NCBI GenBank assembly: GCA_951406725.2
Contig: OX597815.1
Coordinates: 178,808,001-178,872,000 of the forward strand
Direction of reading: 5' to 3'
Length of the DNA: 64,000 nt
Origin: Octopus vulgaris
Lineage: Eukaryota
The position numbers and the translations under genes were made by a program. Of the stretch, positions 22,831 to 36,200 are shown one piece after another. Position 1 is the first letter of the stretch. Each line of letters begins with the position of its first letter. A model generated the notes under the pieces. It had not been told where the DNA came from. It worked only from the letters and a program-made list of their open reading frames with translations, and made no database searches.

Positions 22831-25800
22831 GTTGAAATTTATAGGAAAACAAAAGACGAGGACAGGTGTATGAATAACAAGTAAGTGTATTAGTTTGATG
22901 CTTGGGAAAAATGGAAAATTCTTTTATGTTTCGAGCCTACGCTCTTCAACAGAAAGAAATAAGAGAAAATAAACAGAGAGAATGAAAAAGACTTGTAGAT
23001 TTCAGCGGTCCAACATGGTAACATATATATATATACATATATATGTAAAAAGCACCATTCGAGTCTGATCGTTTTAGGTAAAATTATACTAATGTGTCCA
23101 CCTGTTTTAATTTAATTAAATTCTATGTCTTTATGCAGCTGAGGATTGCTCTGCATTTAAATTGATGTAATGATTGCATTGTTCAATTAAATGGAGTTGC
23201 TTGAAATGATCGTACTGCATTACCTCTGGATATCCTTGTTGCTTATTTTGATTTTAATCACCTTATTTTGAAATTGTATGGATAATACAGTACTAAATTC
23301 TGGTGCTTCAACATAAATACCATATTCATCTGAATATATATATATATATACAAAAAGGGTGAAATATAATTAATTTAATAAAATTAATAAATTTCACCTA
23401 GTAGTTTTATCGGTATGGAAAAGACCATATTTGGTAAGGATTATATTAATTATAATAAAGGGTTAATTGCAACAAGTTGCTCAAAACCACATACCAAAAA
23501 TATTAGAAATGGCAGCCAAATAGGTCATCATTTCTCCTACTAGTAAAAAAGTCTCCACAAACAAACAGAGAATTTGCAACCTGTATATGGTAAAGAGAAA
23601 GAAAATAACGAAATCCCAGCCTATTTGGATTAATTATAGATGAAATCGTTTCTGGATTAGAACCAGAGGTTCATTTCCTTCTGTTTGTTTGTGGAGACTT
23701 TTTTACTAGTAGGAGAAATGGTGACCTATATATATATATGTATGTATGTGTGTGTATGTATGTAATTGGGCAAAGGTTTAAAAGAAATATGTAGCTAAGA
23801 ATAAGTTACGTAGGTGTTAATCAACATAAGACTTGAGTGTTCTCTTTCATTTTTAAAAGACTTTCTCTCTTACAAGAAGTTCCCTCATCCTGCTGCAACA
23901 TCTTCATTTTTTCATAAAACATTTAGATGAAATTCTATTAAATTTCTTTCAAAAGGTAGCTGTGTGTTTAATTAAAAAAAAAAAGAAAAACAAAAATCTA
24001 TATTTTTGTATGAAAAATTTTTTGTGGGTGGTAAAAAATTGAAATTTTTCTTTTTATTTGTAGCTACAGGAAGCAATGAAGCAGAAAAGGGAAGAAAGTA
24101 AGCAAAATTTCTTCTAATATTGAAATAATTCTTCTAACATTCAATTTGACCAAAGCAAATGCCAAAGACAATGCATTCCCTGTTCAATTTCACCCTGCAA
24201 GGAATATTCTTCCACATGATTAAACACAGAACAAACTTTGAAGTATAATTGTAAATATGTATATCATCATCATCATCATCATTTAACATCCGCTTCCCAT
24301 GCTAGCATGGATCGGACGATTTGACTGAGGGCTGGCAAACCAGATGGCTGCACTAGGCTCCAATCTGATCTGGCAGAGTTTCTACAGCTGGATGCCCTTC
24401 CTAACGCCAACCACTCTGAGAGTGTAGTGGGTGCTTTTACGTGCCAGTCTGGTGGTACTGGCAATGGCCACGCTCAAAAGGTGTTTTTTACGTGCCACCT
24501 GCACAGTAGTCAGTCCAGCTGTACTGGCAACGACCTCACTCGCATATAAATACTGACATTACGCCACACTGGTGTTGGTGCCACATTAAAAAGCACCCTG
24601 TACACTCTTTATAGTGGTTGGCGTTAGGATGGGTATCTTCCTGTAGAGACCTTTTCAAGACTGATTGTGGAACCTGGTGTGGCTCCTGGCCTTGCCAGTT
24701 CCTGTCATACCATCCAACCCATGACAGCATGGAAAACAGACGTTAAATGATGATGATATAAATACTGAAATCCCCTTCTTCCACCAATTTTTAAAAATGA
24801 CATATCTGAAGATCACATGCCTGGGTCTCAGCTTGTGTGTGGCCGTTACCCAATATTTCAAAATGAATGAACATGAAAACGTCCAACCTTAAAAGCTTTA
24901 AGTGGTTTTTTACAATCAAGTCATCATCATCGTTTAACGTCCACATTCCATGCTGGCATGGGTTGGACAGTTTGACTGGGGTATGGGAAGCCAGTAGGCT
25001 GCACCAGGCCCCACTATGATCTGGCAGTGTTTCTACAGCTGGATGCCCTTCCTAACACCAACCACTCTAAGAGTGTAGTGGGTGCTTTTTATGTGCCACC
25101 GGCACAGGGGCCAGAGGAGCTGGCATTGACCACGATTGGATGATGCTTTTTACGTGCCACTGGCACGGAAGCCAGTCAAAGCGGCACTGGCATCGACCAC
25201 ATTTGGATGGTGCTTTTTACATGCTCCCGAGATGGGGTTCACAGTGTCAAGTGTAGTTTGATAAATTTTTTTTTTTTTGTAACACACAGGGATACATTTA
25301 TTTTGCTTCATATGTTTATTCCATTTATTTAGTTCCATTTTTGAAGCACAGGGTAATCACTTTATTTACTTGCATACAATTTTATAACTACATTCTGTTG
25401 TTTATATTTAGTCATGTCCAAAGGAGTTGATGAAAAATAAATGATATCCAATGGAAGTGTGAGGTAGGATAATAATGAAAAAATAGATAAAAACACTGAC
25501 AAGCTGCTTGTTCAAACTGGATATGTATATATCTTTATATATAAAAGTGAGGTTGTGTGCTGTCTCCTACGATTTAGATTCCTAACTACTCCCACATTTT
25601 GTGGTGCAGTTTAACCAAAACCGGGTATCTTATAGTCGTGATTCATATCGAGCCCTTCTGGGTTTTAGCGTGCGTCTACGATTTAAAAAAAAATTTACCA
25701 TCAATTTTCCCCATTTTTAATGCATTTTTGGCATATATAAGGGAAGTAACTCTAAAAATTTATTATTAAATGTCAGAACGTAAAAAGCTACAGTAACACC

Positions 25801-28800
25801 CCCATCCTTTGTGGTTAGCCATATTGAGATGACTATTATACTTTACATCTCTAAAAATGCTTATATAGTTATTTCCCTTACAAACCCGAGCAACGCCGGG
25901 TGATACTGCTAGTATATATATATAAAAAGGATTACAAAAAATAGGACAAGAACGCAAAACATCCAGACAGTTAGATGATATAAAAAAGGGACAACAAAAC
26001 ATCCAGACAGTTAGATGATATATATATATATATATATATAGCTCCATTGATTTTATATGAATGTATCCACATATTCCACAACATTGATATCATAATTGTC
26101 TTTTCTTCGTTCATGGAGAGTTGTAGTTGGATGTCAGACTTGTAGCTTAAGGCCCAGGGGTTTGCATTGTATTACTGGTGTAGTGTGTATATATGTTCAG
26201 TATCAAGTATTGAAATGGCTGCGTGTATATTATTAGAAGAATTCTTACAAAGAAGAAGAATAAATTTAAGAATTATATATATTTACTACATAAAATTATA
26301 TTTTATTCATTGGCTGTCGATGAAATATAATCAAAATGTAGTATCTAGTTGAAAGAAGTAATCTATGCAAGGAAGTTCAGAAATGTGGAAATAACAGCTA
26401 AGTGGTGGTTTTCAGTCATGTGGCGTAGAGAAATAGATGGACATAGCAACGATATGAATGGTTCTAAGTCTAATCGACTAAGAAGCGAAGAGCAGGGTTA
26501 GCAAGCTGTTTTTATTAATGGAACGCTAGACATTCTAGAAACTTCCAATAGAAATGCAAAGCTTCTTGAATAATTAAGAATTACTTCACATGGAGTAGAA
26601 TCTTCGGAGAGACTTATTAAAGGGAGATTACTCTATAAAGTTTCTTGCCAGATAGATTAGTAGTGGGTAGTGAACTTCTTCACTACTTCAGGGAGTGACG
26701 ACCCTGCCTGACATGAGTTCCGGGCTCAGCTGGCTCCGGCTGACAGTACCCGTTATGGGCCCCTATCCAGGGTTACGGAAAGGAGACAACCTTCAATGAA
26801 ATCCGGAGTGGAGCCCCGAAGGCGGTCTAGTGTTCGATTCGACACTCTTCCGGCAGCTCCTGCAACCAAGCTGGTGCCAAACGTAATGCACTGCACTCCA
26901 CTGGACTACATCAGCAAGGTCGAGAGAGGAAACCTGACGATTGGGCTACCCAGGACTTTCTTATCTATATAGCCCAGGCCTGCGCAAAACTGGAGAGGAC
27001 ACTTCAGTGCTGCTGTAAAAAGCTGCAGAAACAACACGGGAGGTAACAGTCACGAGTGATAAGTCCATTCAGATTGGCATAAAATATGGGCGCTACGGGT
27101 TACCTCTGCCAGTGGGAGGGACTTCCGTGTCCTACTGGTTAGCTACTGCCCACCTCAAGCTGGGCAGCCCCCAGTTAATAAGGTGCTGACCCGCCACAAG
27201 CCGCCTGCTCCATTGGGTGCTTGGAGCTAAGAGTACGACTCGAAAAGCGGCCTGCAACCTCTGCACCAGGCAAGCAACTAAAATTCAAGAAAAGGATAGG
27301 ACTACACAGCCACAGCAGGAAATGTATCAGGAAATAAAATATAACAGCCGGACTAGACCTAGAAAAAAAAAAAAAGCTCCATAGGTGCAGGAGTGGCTGT
27401 GTGGTAAGTAGCTTGCTAACCAACTACATGGTTCCGGGTTCAGTCCCACTGCGTGGCATCTTGGGCAAGTGTCTTCTGCTATAGCCCCGGGCCGACCAAT
27501 GCCTTGTGAGTGGATTTGGTAGACGGAAACTGAAAGAAGCCTGTCGTATATATGTATATATATATATAAGTGTGTGTGTATATGTTTGTGTGTCTGTGTT
27601 TGTCCCCCTAGCATTGCTTGACAACCGATGCTGGTGTGTTTACGTCCCCGTTACTTAGCGGTTCGGCAAAAGAGACCGATAGAATAAGTACTGGGCTTAC
27701 AAAGAATAAGTCCTGGGGTCGATTTGCTCGACTAAAGGCGGTGCTCCAGCATGGCCGCAGTCAAATGACTGAAACAAGTAAAAGAGTAAAGAGTAGAGAG
27801 AGTAAAGAGTAACTCCATTGTCTTCCGAGACAGAAAGGATGCCAATACAATACAATACAGACTACTCTGCTGGTATTGTGCTGACACAAACACTAACCCA
27901 ATCTACCCCATCTTAAAATAGATATCATGAAGAATTACAATTTTCTGCTGAAGGTGGTGACTATTCTAAGAGTAATGAATGTCCTGTTAGCTTACAGGGC
28001 TGAATTAGAGTCAGGAATGGGTTTCACGAAGTTGATGATCCAAGAAGTAATCCATCAAATATATTGAATGCCATCTTCGTGTTGTTGTTTCTATCTTCCT
28101 CTATCTGCGGTGCCATAGATAATCTGTTGTCTTACCTTTATACCAACTCTAGTGAGGTGTTTTTCAAAGTACAGGAGTTTGGATATGGAATCTTATGGTT
28201 TGCAAAATGTTTTTACTTTTCTCAATGTTTCTGCTGTTACATGTCACAGGTGAGCAATCTGTTAATATACCTGTTCTCCAGTGTAATGGCTGCTTGAAAA
28301 TCCAATTCTTCGTTGATCTATTCTGCTGATACAAATTCCTACAATCTTAAGTAGAGAAAGCTTATCCCATCTCTTTGAAATTCAAACAAACTCATTTGAG
28401 CTCCAATAGGGGTCATTGACACCAGCCTGAGGCTATCACTGCTTACCTCAGAGTTCCAATAAAGAAACAACAACAGATTAAAAGTCAAATAATGTGGCAA
28501 TTTGCTCACTAATTTTCAATGTCCCATCAATGCTTTTATTAAACCTTTCCTTAGAATCATTATTTTTACATGCCTTTCTGTTAGATTTGAATATCTGCTA
28601 CCTGAGGTTAGTAGGTGGCTAAGGAGGCCTTACTGATACAGACAAACAAAACATTTTCTGACTGTTGATGTATCATCATATGTCTATTTTCCATGCTGGC
28701 ATGGGTTGGATGACCTGATGAGCTGACAAGCCGGAGGGTTGCACCAGGCTCCTGTCGTTCATTTTCACATGGTTTCTATGGCTGGATACCCTTCCTAACA

Positions 28801-30180
28801 TTGTACAGAGTGTACTGGGTGCTTTTTATGTGACGCCAGCACAGGTGCTTTTTTAAGTGGTATCAGTACCTGCAGGGTCGTCACACAGCTTGCAAGACAA
28901 GAAAATCTCAACTGGGAGAAGTGCTGTGTCCCAGGTGAGAGGTTGGAGTATGGGAGATAATCTGAATGCCATTGCGACTAATTCTTTTGGGTTTTTTTAT
29001 GTTTGTTTTCCTTTTTGTATTTTTAGATGAACCGAAGGAAAAAGAATTACTGGAAAAAATGAAAACACAAGAAAAAACAACAAAGAAAGCTACAAAATCA
29101 GAAGAAGAATTGAATACAAATACCAAAAATAAAGAAAAAAATGATGGCAAAGGTTGTAGAATTAAAACTACTAAAATGATCTGTTGCTGAAACTTTATAT
29201 TCTTGCTGTTATTTTTGAGTAGGTTCAGCATTTCTTGGCTTGATTTTTGGTACAGATGCTATTGATCAAGCAAAGAAGTTTAATGATTTTTTGCAATGGT
29301 CATTATAAATCATTCTCTAAAATGTTATATTGAAAACATGCAATCTTCAAATTTAAAAGTAGCGAGAAATTTTTTGTAAAAGATTTCGATGCTACATTTA
29401 GTTTAAAAGTTTTGCTGAATCTCATTGTTTATTCCGTCTTTCATATTTTTTTTTAATATTTGGTGTTGATTTGTCTTAGAATTTAATTTTTTAATGTATT
29501 TTACCTTGTTGCCATGATAATTATAAATTTAGTCATTTTGTAAACTGAACAGATGTTTTGTAAGAAGTTATTATTAACCTCGTCCAACCCATGCCAGCAA
29601 ACACTTTTCAAATGTGTCATCATCTTCATCATTTAATGTTCATTTCCCTTGCTGGCATGGATTGGACAAAAATTATATTCCTATGATGAGAATTGAACCC
29701 AGGTCACTTGGGTGAAAGCCAAATATCCTAATCCCTACACCATATGCAATTGTATGTGTGTGAGCTATAATTATTTCTTTGTTTTACTTTTTGCAGGCCG
29801 GTCATATACTCTGACCATTGCTTTGCCTGGATCAATTTTGGATAATGCCCAGGCTGCCGTTCTTCGGACATATTTAGTTGGCCAGGTAGGACAAATCTAT
29901 GAAATATAAAAATTAAATTGGAAAAAAAAAAAAATATTAGGATTTGTTTAGAAAGAAATATTGGACTGAAGATTCTTTGAAAGACAATACTATTGTTATT
30001 TCTTTTATCGTTTAAGTAAAGGATAAATGAAATAATTGTGGCCATGCTGGGGCATCGCCTTGAAGAATTTTTAGTTGAATGAATTCATCCTGGTATTTAG
30101 TTTTTAATGCCCAGCACTTATTCTCCATAACAGCTAAGTTATGGAGATGTAAACACACAGACACCAGTTGTGAAGTGGGG

Positions 30181-30226
<46 letters not shown>

Positions 30227-33200
30227 GCACATTTGCAACAAGTGTCTTTCCATTTCTGTCGACTAAATCCACTCACAAGGCTTTAACCCTTTCGTTACCA
30301 ACCCGGCTGGAAACCGCTTCTGGCTCTGAGTACAAATGTCTTGTTTTCATAAGTTCTGAATTAGAATCTTCCACCAAACCTTAGTCACAATTAATGTTCC
30401 TAACACTAGTTTAATGATAACGAAGTTATTTTACTAAATTCTTTGTTATATTTAAAAGTAATTGAAAGAAACACAGAGCATCTCGAAATAAATACAGTAA
30501 CGAAAGGGTTAATCTGTAAGCAACAAAGGGTTTCTCCCTCTAAGTGAATAGCAGATTATATGATGCTTGCGTGTGAAGTATAATATTGCATGGGGGTGAA
30601 ACACAGCCATTGAATGCAGAAACTTTGCAAAGGCAGGAAAGAAATTAGGCAAGCTTGATCTGCTGGGGGTGTAATCATCATTATCGTCATTGTATGTCTG
30701 CTTTCCGTGCTGGCATGGATTGGACAGTTTGATGGGAGCTACACCAGATTCCATAGTCTATTTTCTACAGTTGGATGCTGTTCTTGCTGCCAGCCACTTT
30801 ACAGAGTGTACTCAGTGCTATTTTTTATATGACACCATTACTAGTGCTTCTCATGTGGCACCAGTACACTATGAATAAAGATTCTGCTAGTTATGTACAC
30901 TCAAGACTAGTAGAATTTGCTGTGATTTATACTATAGAATGTGCACCATCACCAGCATATATTGTGCAACTCTTTTAAATATTTTCATGTATATTGTGTT
31001 GATTGCAGGTGGCTCGTGCAGCTGTGATCTTTAATGTTGATGAAATTGTTGTCTTTGATGAAAGAAAACACAGTGACAGGTGAGTTTTATATTCTTAATT
31101 ATTATTATTATTATTATCATTATTGTCAACCTAATCATTACTGTTATCATTAATTTGATTAGTGGTTTGGCATGTAAAAAACACCTGGCATCGACCATGT
31201 TTGGACGGTGCTTTTTACATGCCACCGGCATGGGAACCAGACGCGGAACTGGCATTGACCACATTCGCAAGGTGCATTTTATATCATCGTTGTTTAACGT
31301 CTACATTCCATGCTGGCATGGGTTGGACGGTTTGACTGAGGACTGACGAGCCAGAAAGCTGCACCAGGCTCCACTCTGATCTGGCAAGGTTTCTACAGCT
31401 GGGTGCCCTTCCTAACGCCAACCACTCCGAGTGTGTAGTGGGTGCTTTTACGTGCCACCGGCACAAGGGCCAGTCAGTCGGTTCTGGCAATGACCACGCT
31501 CAAAGGTGTTTTTACATGCCACCTGCACGGGAGCCAGTCTGGCGGCACTGGCAATGATAAAAATATGGGACGCTTCATGAATTTGCGTGCCATCCTTGTG
31601 CTGGGGCCATGCTAATTTTCTCTGTATTGTTCCGATTTTAGTATATGTACTGTCGCATTCTTAATAATGTTGTTTGGAATTCAAGACTAAAAATTTTAAT
31701 ACATTATTCTAATTCTATGGATTATGGTAGGAGAGGAAGAACCAAAAAGGAAATGTTGGTAATCTCTAAGGATGGTGAATTAAGGTGGAAATCCACTTTA
31801 ATTATATCCTGTGTGAACTGTGTGTTGGCAGACTGTCCACTTTTTGCCCATGCTGGAGCGTTACACCAGGCTATAATTGTCTGTCTTGGCTTGTTTTCTA
31901 TGACTGGCTGCCTTTCCTATGCCAACCACTGTACAGAGTGTACTGGGTACTTCTTATGTGGCACCATAGCCAGTGCTTTTTATGTCGCATCAGCACCAGG
32001 GCTTCATATGTGACACCAGCTTGGGTGCTTTTCATGTGGCACCAGCACAGGTGTTTTTTACGTACATGGAGATATATATCACCTCACATTAGGTATACAC
32101 TTTATGTTTCCACACTCTTTCATAGACATCATCATCATCATCGTTTAATGTCCATTTTCCATGCTAGCATAGGTTGGACGGTTCAACCGGGGTCTGGGAA
32201 GCCAGGAGGCTGCACCAGGCTCCAGTCTGATCTGGCAGTGTTTCTACAGCTGGATGCCCTTCCTAACGCCATCCACTCCGTGAGTGTAGTGGGTGCTTTT
32301 TACGTGCCACCGGCACGGATGCCAGTGAAGGTGGCGCTGGCATCGGCCACGTTCGGATGGTGCTTTTTACGTGCCACCGGCACAGGGATCACAACTTGAC
32401 TCTTACTTTCTAAAAGCCTCGAATAATTTCCTTTCCTTTGCAACAAAGGCTTCTGTTAGGATTTTTCTGGCCATACTACAGCAACTCTGCTTACGCGCAT
32501 TCTGTTTTATCCTTAGAAATGCATCTGGAGGGTTTAAGGCAGATTCCAACCACCTCTTTGGTCGGCTCCTACAGTACCTGGAATGTCCGCAGTATATTCG
32601 CAAACAGCTGTTTCCCAGACATAGTGATCTTCAATATGCAGGTGAGATACTCTTTTTACTCTATTACTTGTTTCAGTCTTTTGACTGCGGCCATGCTGGA
32701 GCACCGCCTTTTAGTTGAGCACATCGACCCCAGGACTTATTCTATGTAAGCCTAGTAGTTATTCTGTCGGTCTCTTTTGCCGAACCGCTAAGTTACGGGG
32801 ACGTAAACACAACAGCATCGGTTGTCAATATATATATATATATATATACATATATATATACATATATACGACGGGCTTCTTTCAGTTTCCGTCTACCAAA
32901 TCCACTCACAAGGCTTTGGTCGGCCCGAGGCTATAGTAGAAGACACTTGCCCAAGGTGCCACGCAGTGGGACTGAACCCGGAACCATGTGGTTCATAAGC
33001 AAGCTACTTACCACACAGCCACTCCTATGCCTATGTTCCCATTTCTTTTATCGTTTTGTTTCATATCCATTTTATCAATGCTTTTGAGGCATGTTGTGAT
33101 GGCTTTTTTTTTTTGTGAATTTGGAGATTTATTTACTGGTGAAGCAATTGTTGTTGGTGTTGTTGTTATAGCTTGCAGTCTTCCTTAATTGGAGTCCAAG

Positions 33201-36200
33201 CTTGGCTGTGAGGTTAACAAGTTTCCTGTGTCGTCACAGGGTTCTAGTTTCAATCAAATCCTGCAGGAACTTGGACCAATGCCTTCTTTCTTAGTCTATC
33301 AATTGACTCAATCTATGTAAGCGTATTTTGAGAGACAGAAACTGTGTGGAAGCCTCTACTTTGGTCTGAGAGTATCAAAACCTTCTCAGTTAATGGAAGT
33401 TTTAAAGTACTTTTTGCTAAGAGAGGAAGAACCCAAAATGCCATCTTCTTTATCTCTTATTCACCCTTAAAGGGTTTCATTGATACTCAGTATTTATTTT
33501 TTATTTATTCTATCAGTCTCTTTAGCTGAAGCACTAAGTTATGAGGGCTGTAAACAGATAAATTGAAATATTGAAAGTTAAATTTATCTTCATCACCTTA
33601 AGTCCACTTTCCATTCTGGCATGAGCTGGATGGTTTGACTGAAAACTGGGGTCTGATTCAAGTTCCAATCTGATTTGGCAAAGTTTTTACAGCTGAGTGC
33701 CTTTCCTAATGCCAACCGCTCTCAGAGTGTAATGGGTGTTTTTTATGTGCCACCAGCTCAATACAACGACAGTAATTTAAATACAAGCTATTGACCCAGG
33801 GGTTTAACAGAAGGGCTGCATTAAGATTACCGCGTTGCCTTACTAGCACGTGTGCTGGTGGCACGTGAAACATTCAAGCAAGGTCGTTGCCAGTGCTGCT
33901 GGACTGGCTCCTGTGCAGGTGGCACATGAAAAGCACCATTTGGGCGTGGCCGTTGCCAGTACCACCAAACTGGCCCTTGTGCTGGTGGAACGTAAAAGCA
34001 CCCACTACACTCTCGGAGTGGTTGGCGTTAGGAAGGGCATCCAGCTGTAGAAACTCTGCCAGATCAGATTGGAGTCTGGTTTGCCAGACCTCAGCCAAAT
34101 CGTCCAACCCATGCTAGCATGGAAAGCAGACGTTAAATGATGATGATGATGATGACTTAATGCAGAGCGCTACATGTGTCATTGCTTCTACCTTCTCTCT
34201 TTATTTTCCAGGTGTCTTAAATCCTGTAGCCTCTCCACATCATATGTCTGTTGGTGAAGAGAGTATATATCGAGAAGGGGTAGTTCATAATGAATCTTCG
34301 GAACCTGGCGGAGGCAGTCTGGTGGATGTGGGTCTGAAAAAGGTAATGTTTAGCATTGATTATTCCTATTTTAACATATGGGATGTTTTTGTGAGGAGAA
34401 AATATCTTTTGAAAGCTGTGTCATATCTATTTTACTACCGAATGCTGTACCTGAAAGGAATAAATGAAATTTGCCGAATGCTTTACCCAGGGGTTTAACA
34501 GAAGGGCTGCAGTAAGATTTGAACAGATGATCTTATGATTCGTAGTCCAGCTCCTTAGCTTCACAAGCCTTTTGTACGAGATCAGATTTTCTACAATGTT
34601 TATTTTTGTCATTGTTTTGGGTGCAAAACCAATTGCACTCAGATTTTGTGTGTCCAATATAAGTACCAGTAATATGCTGGTAACAAATCAAGTGACGTTA
34701 TCTTGAATAAAATGTACATTTAGTTTTCAATGTTCAGTTAAGGAATACCTGTTTCAAGCTAAATGTCTATCACTGACATAATGAATGGTTATTGGTAGCA
34801 TAACGATCCTTTATTGGATTATCCCCACCATCGTTTGATATCCCTTTTTCCTTAGCATGGTTCCTACAACTGGATGCCTTTCCTAATGCCAACCACTTCA
34901 CAGAGTCTGTTGGGTGCTTTTATTCATGTTATTAGTAGTGGTGAGGTTATTAGTGTTGGTGCCGGTGGTATGTAAAAAGCACCATTTGAGCATGGTTGTT
35001 GCCAGCGTCGTGATCAAGTGTGATCGTTCCTGGCGGCACGTGAAAAAGAATATTTGAGCGTGGTTGTTGCCAGTGCCGCCGGACTTGCTCCTGTGCAGGT
35101 GGCATGTAAAAAACACCTTTGAGCGTGGTCATTGCTAGAACTGCTTGACTGGCCCTCATGCCAGTGGCACTTAAAAGCACCCACTGCACTCTGGAGTGGT
35201 TGGCGTTAGGAAGGGCATCCAGCTGTAGAAACTTTGCCAGATCAGATTGGAGCCTTGTGCAGGCTTCTGGCTTTCCAGACCTCAGTTAAACCGTCCAACT
35301 CATGCCAGCATGGAAAGCGGACATTAAATGATGATGATGACTAAGTATCTGTGAGACAAGGCTCCTCAACTGAGTGGGGTGTAGTATTGAGGGATATGAA
35401 AGTAAGATAAAGGGACAGGTGCTGGTGTCCCTTACATGGCCTGCCCGTTTAGAGAGAGAGATGGATGTGAGGGTAAGGTACAAAGAGAATAGGATAAAGG
35501 GACAGAAAAAGTGGGTGGATGGGTAAATGTGCTGGAGTGAGAAGTGTAACAGATGATGAGGGATGAACTCCTGAAACCAGATTTTTTCAGTTCTTTCAGA
35601 AAATCTTTCTTTCTTTTTCAGAAGGTCCTTGTAGACCAAACCATTCCCAGTGGACAGCGTGTAACTGTGAAATTAAATACCGTACGTTCCAGTGAGTATA
35701 TGTAATATACCAATAATATACCAGTAAATGGATATAATTCCACACACTCCTCTGCTCAGTGGCCATTGTTGTTACTCTCATTGTGTTACTGAGAACCACA
35801 AAGGAGAAGTTAAGTTCCTGGCAAGCTTAATCCAGGACTGGGTTTCAATTCTTGATGAAAGAAAAAAAATCCAATTTTCTTAGCTTCTCTTGTTTATTTT
35901 TGGAAAAAGTGTAACACAGCCAAATGTCTCCAATGTTGCTGATATTCACAGAAAATATATGGTTGTCAAAGCTTCATATTTCTTGTTCTCTACAATCTTA
36001 GACTTAGAGTATGGATAGCACTTGGCAGAAATGAACTGAATATTGGGTCATCTCATAAATAATGCATTTATACTTTTAGTTTTCAAAATTAAGATAAACA
36101 AAGTTATTTTTTAATCTAAAATATACTCTCCTTTATTTTCTACAATGCTCTTCCATCTATCTGGTGGACTTGCAAGGCTCCTCTTCCAAAATTCACTTGT

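Noticed and set aside
26640-26790. Possible HDV-like ribozyme at a putative LINE 5' end
   Set aside because: Hairpins are present, but the nested double pseudoknot could not be assigned by eye.
35800-35860. Alternative exon 8 candidate (EVK...PGKLNPGL)
   Set aside because: It needs a frameshift and lacks splice sites; 35622-35691 fits both phase and motif.
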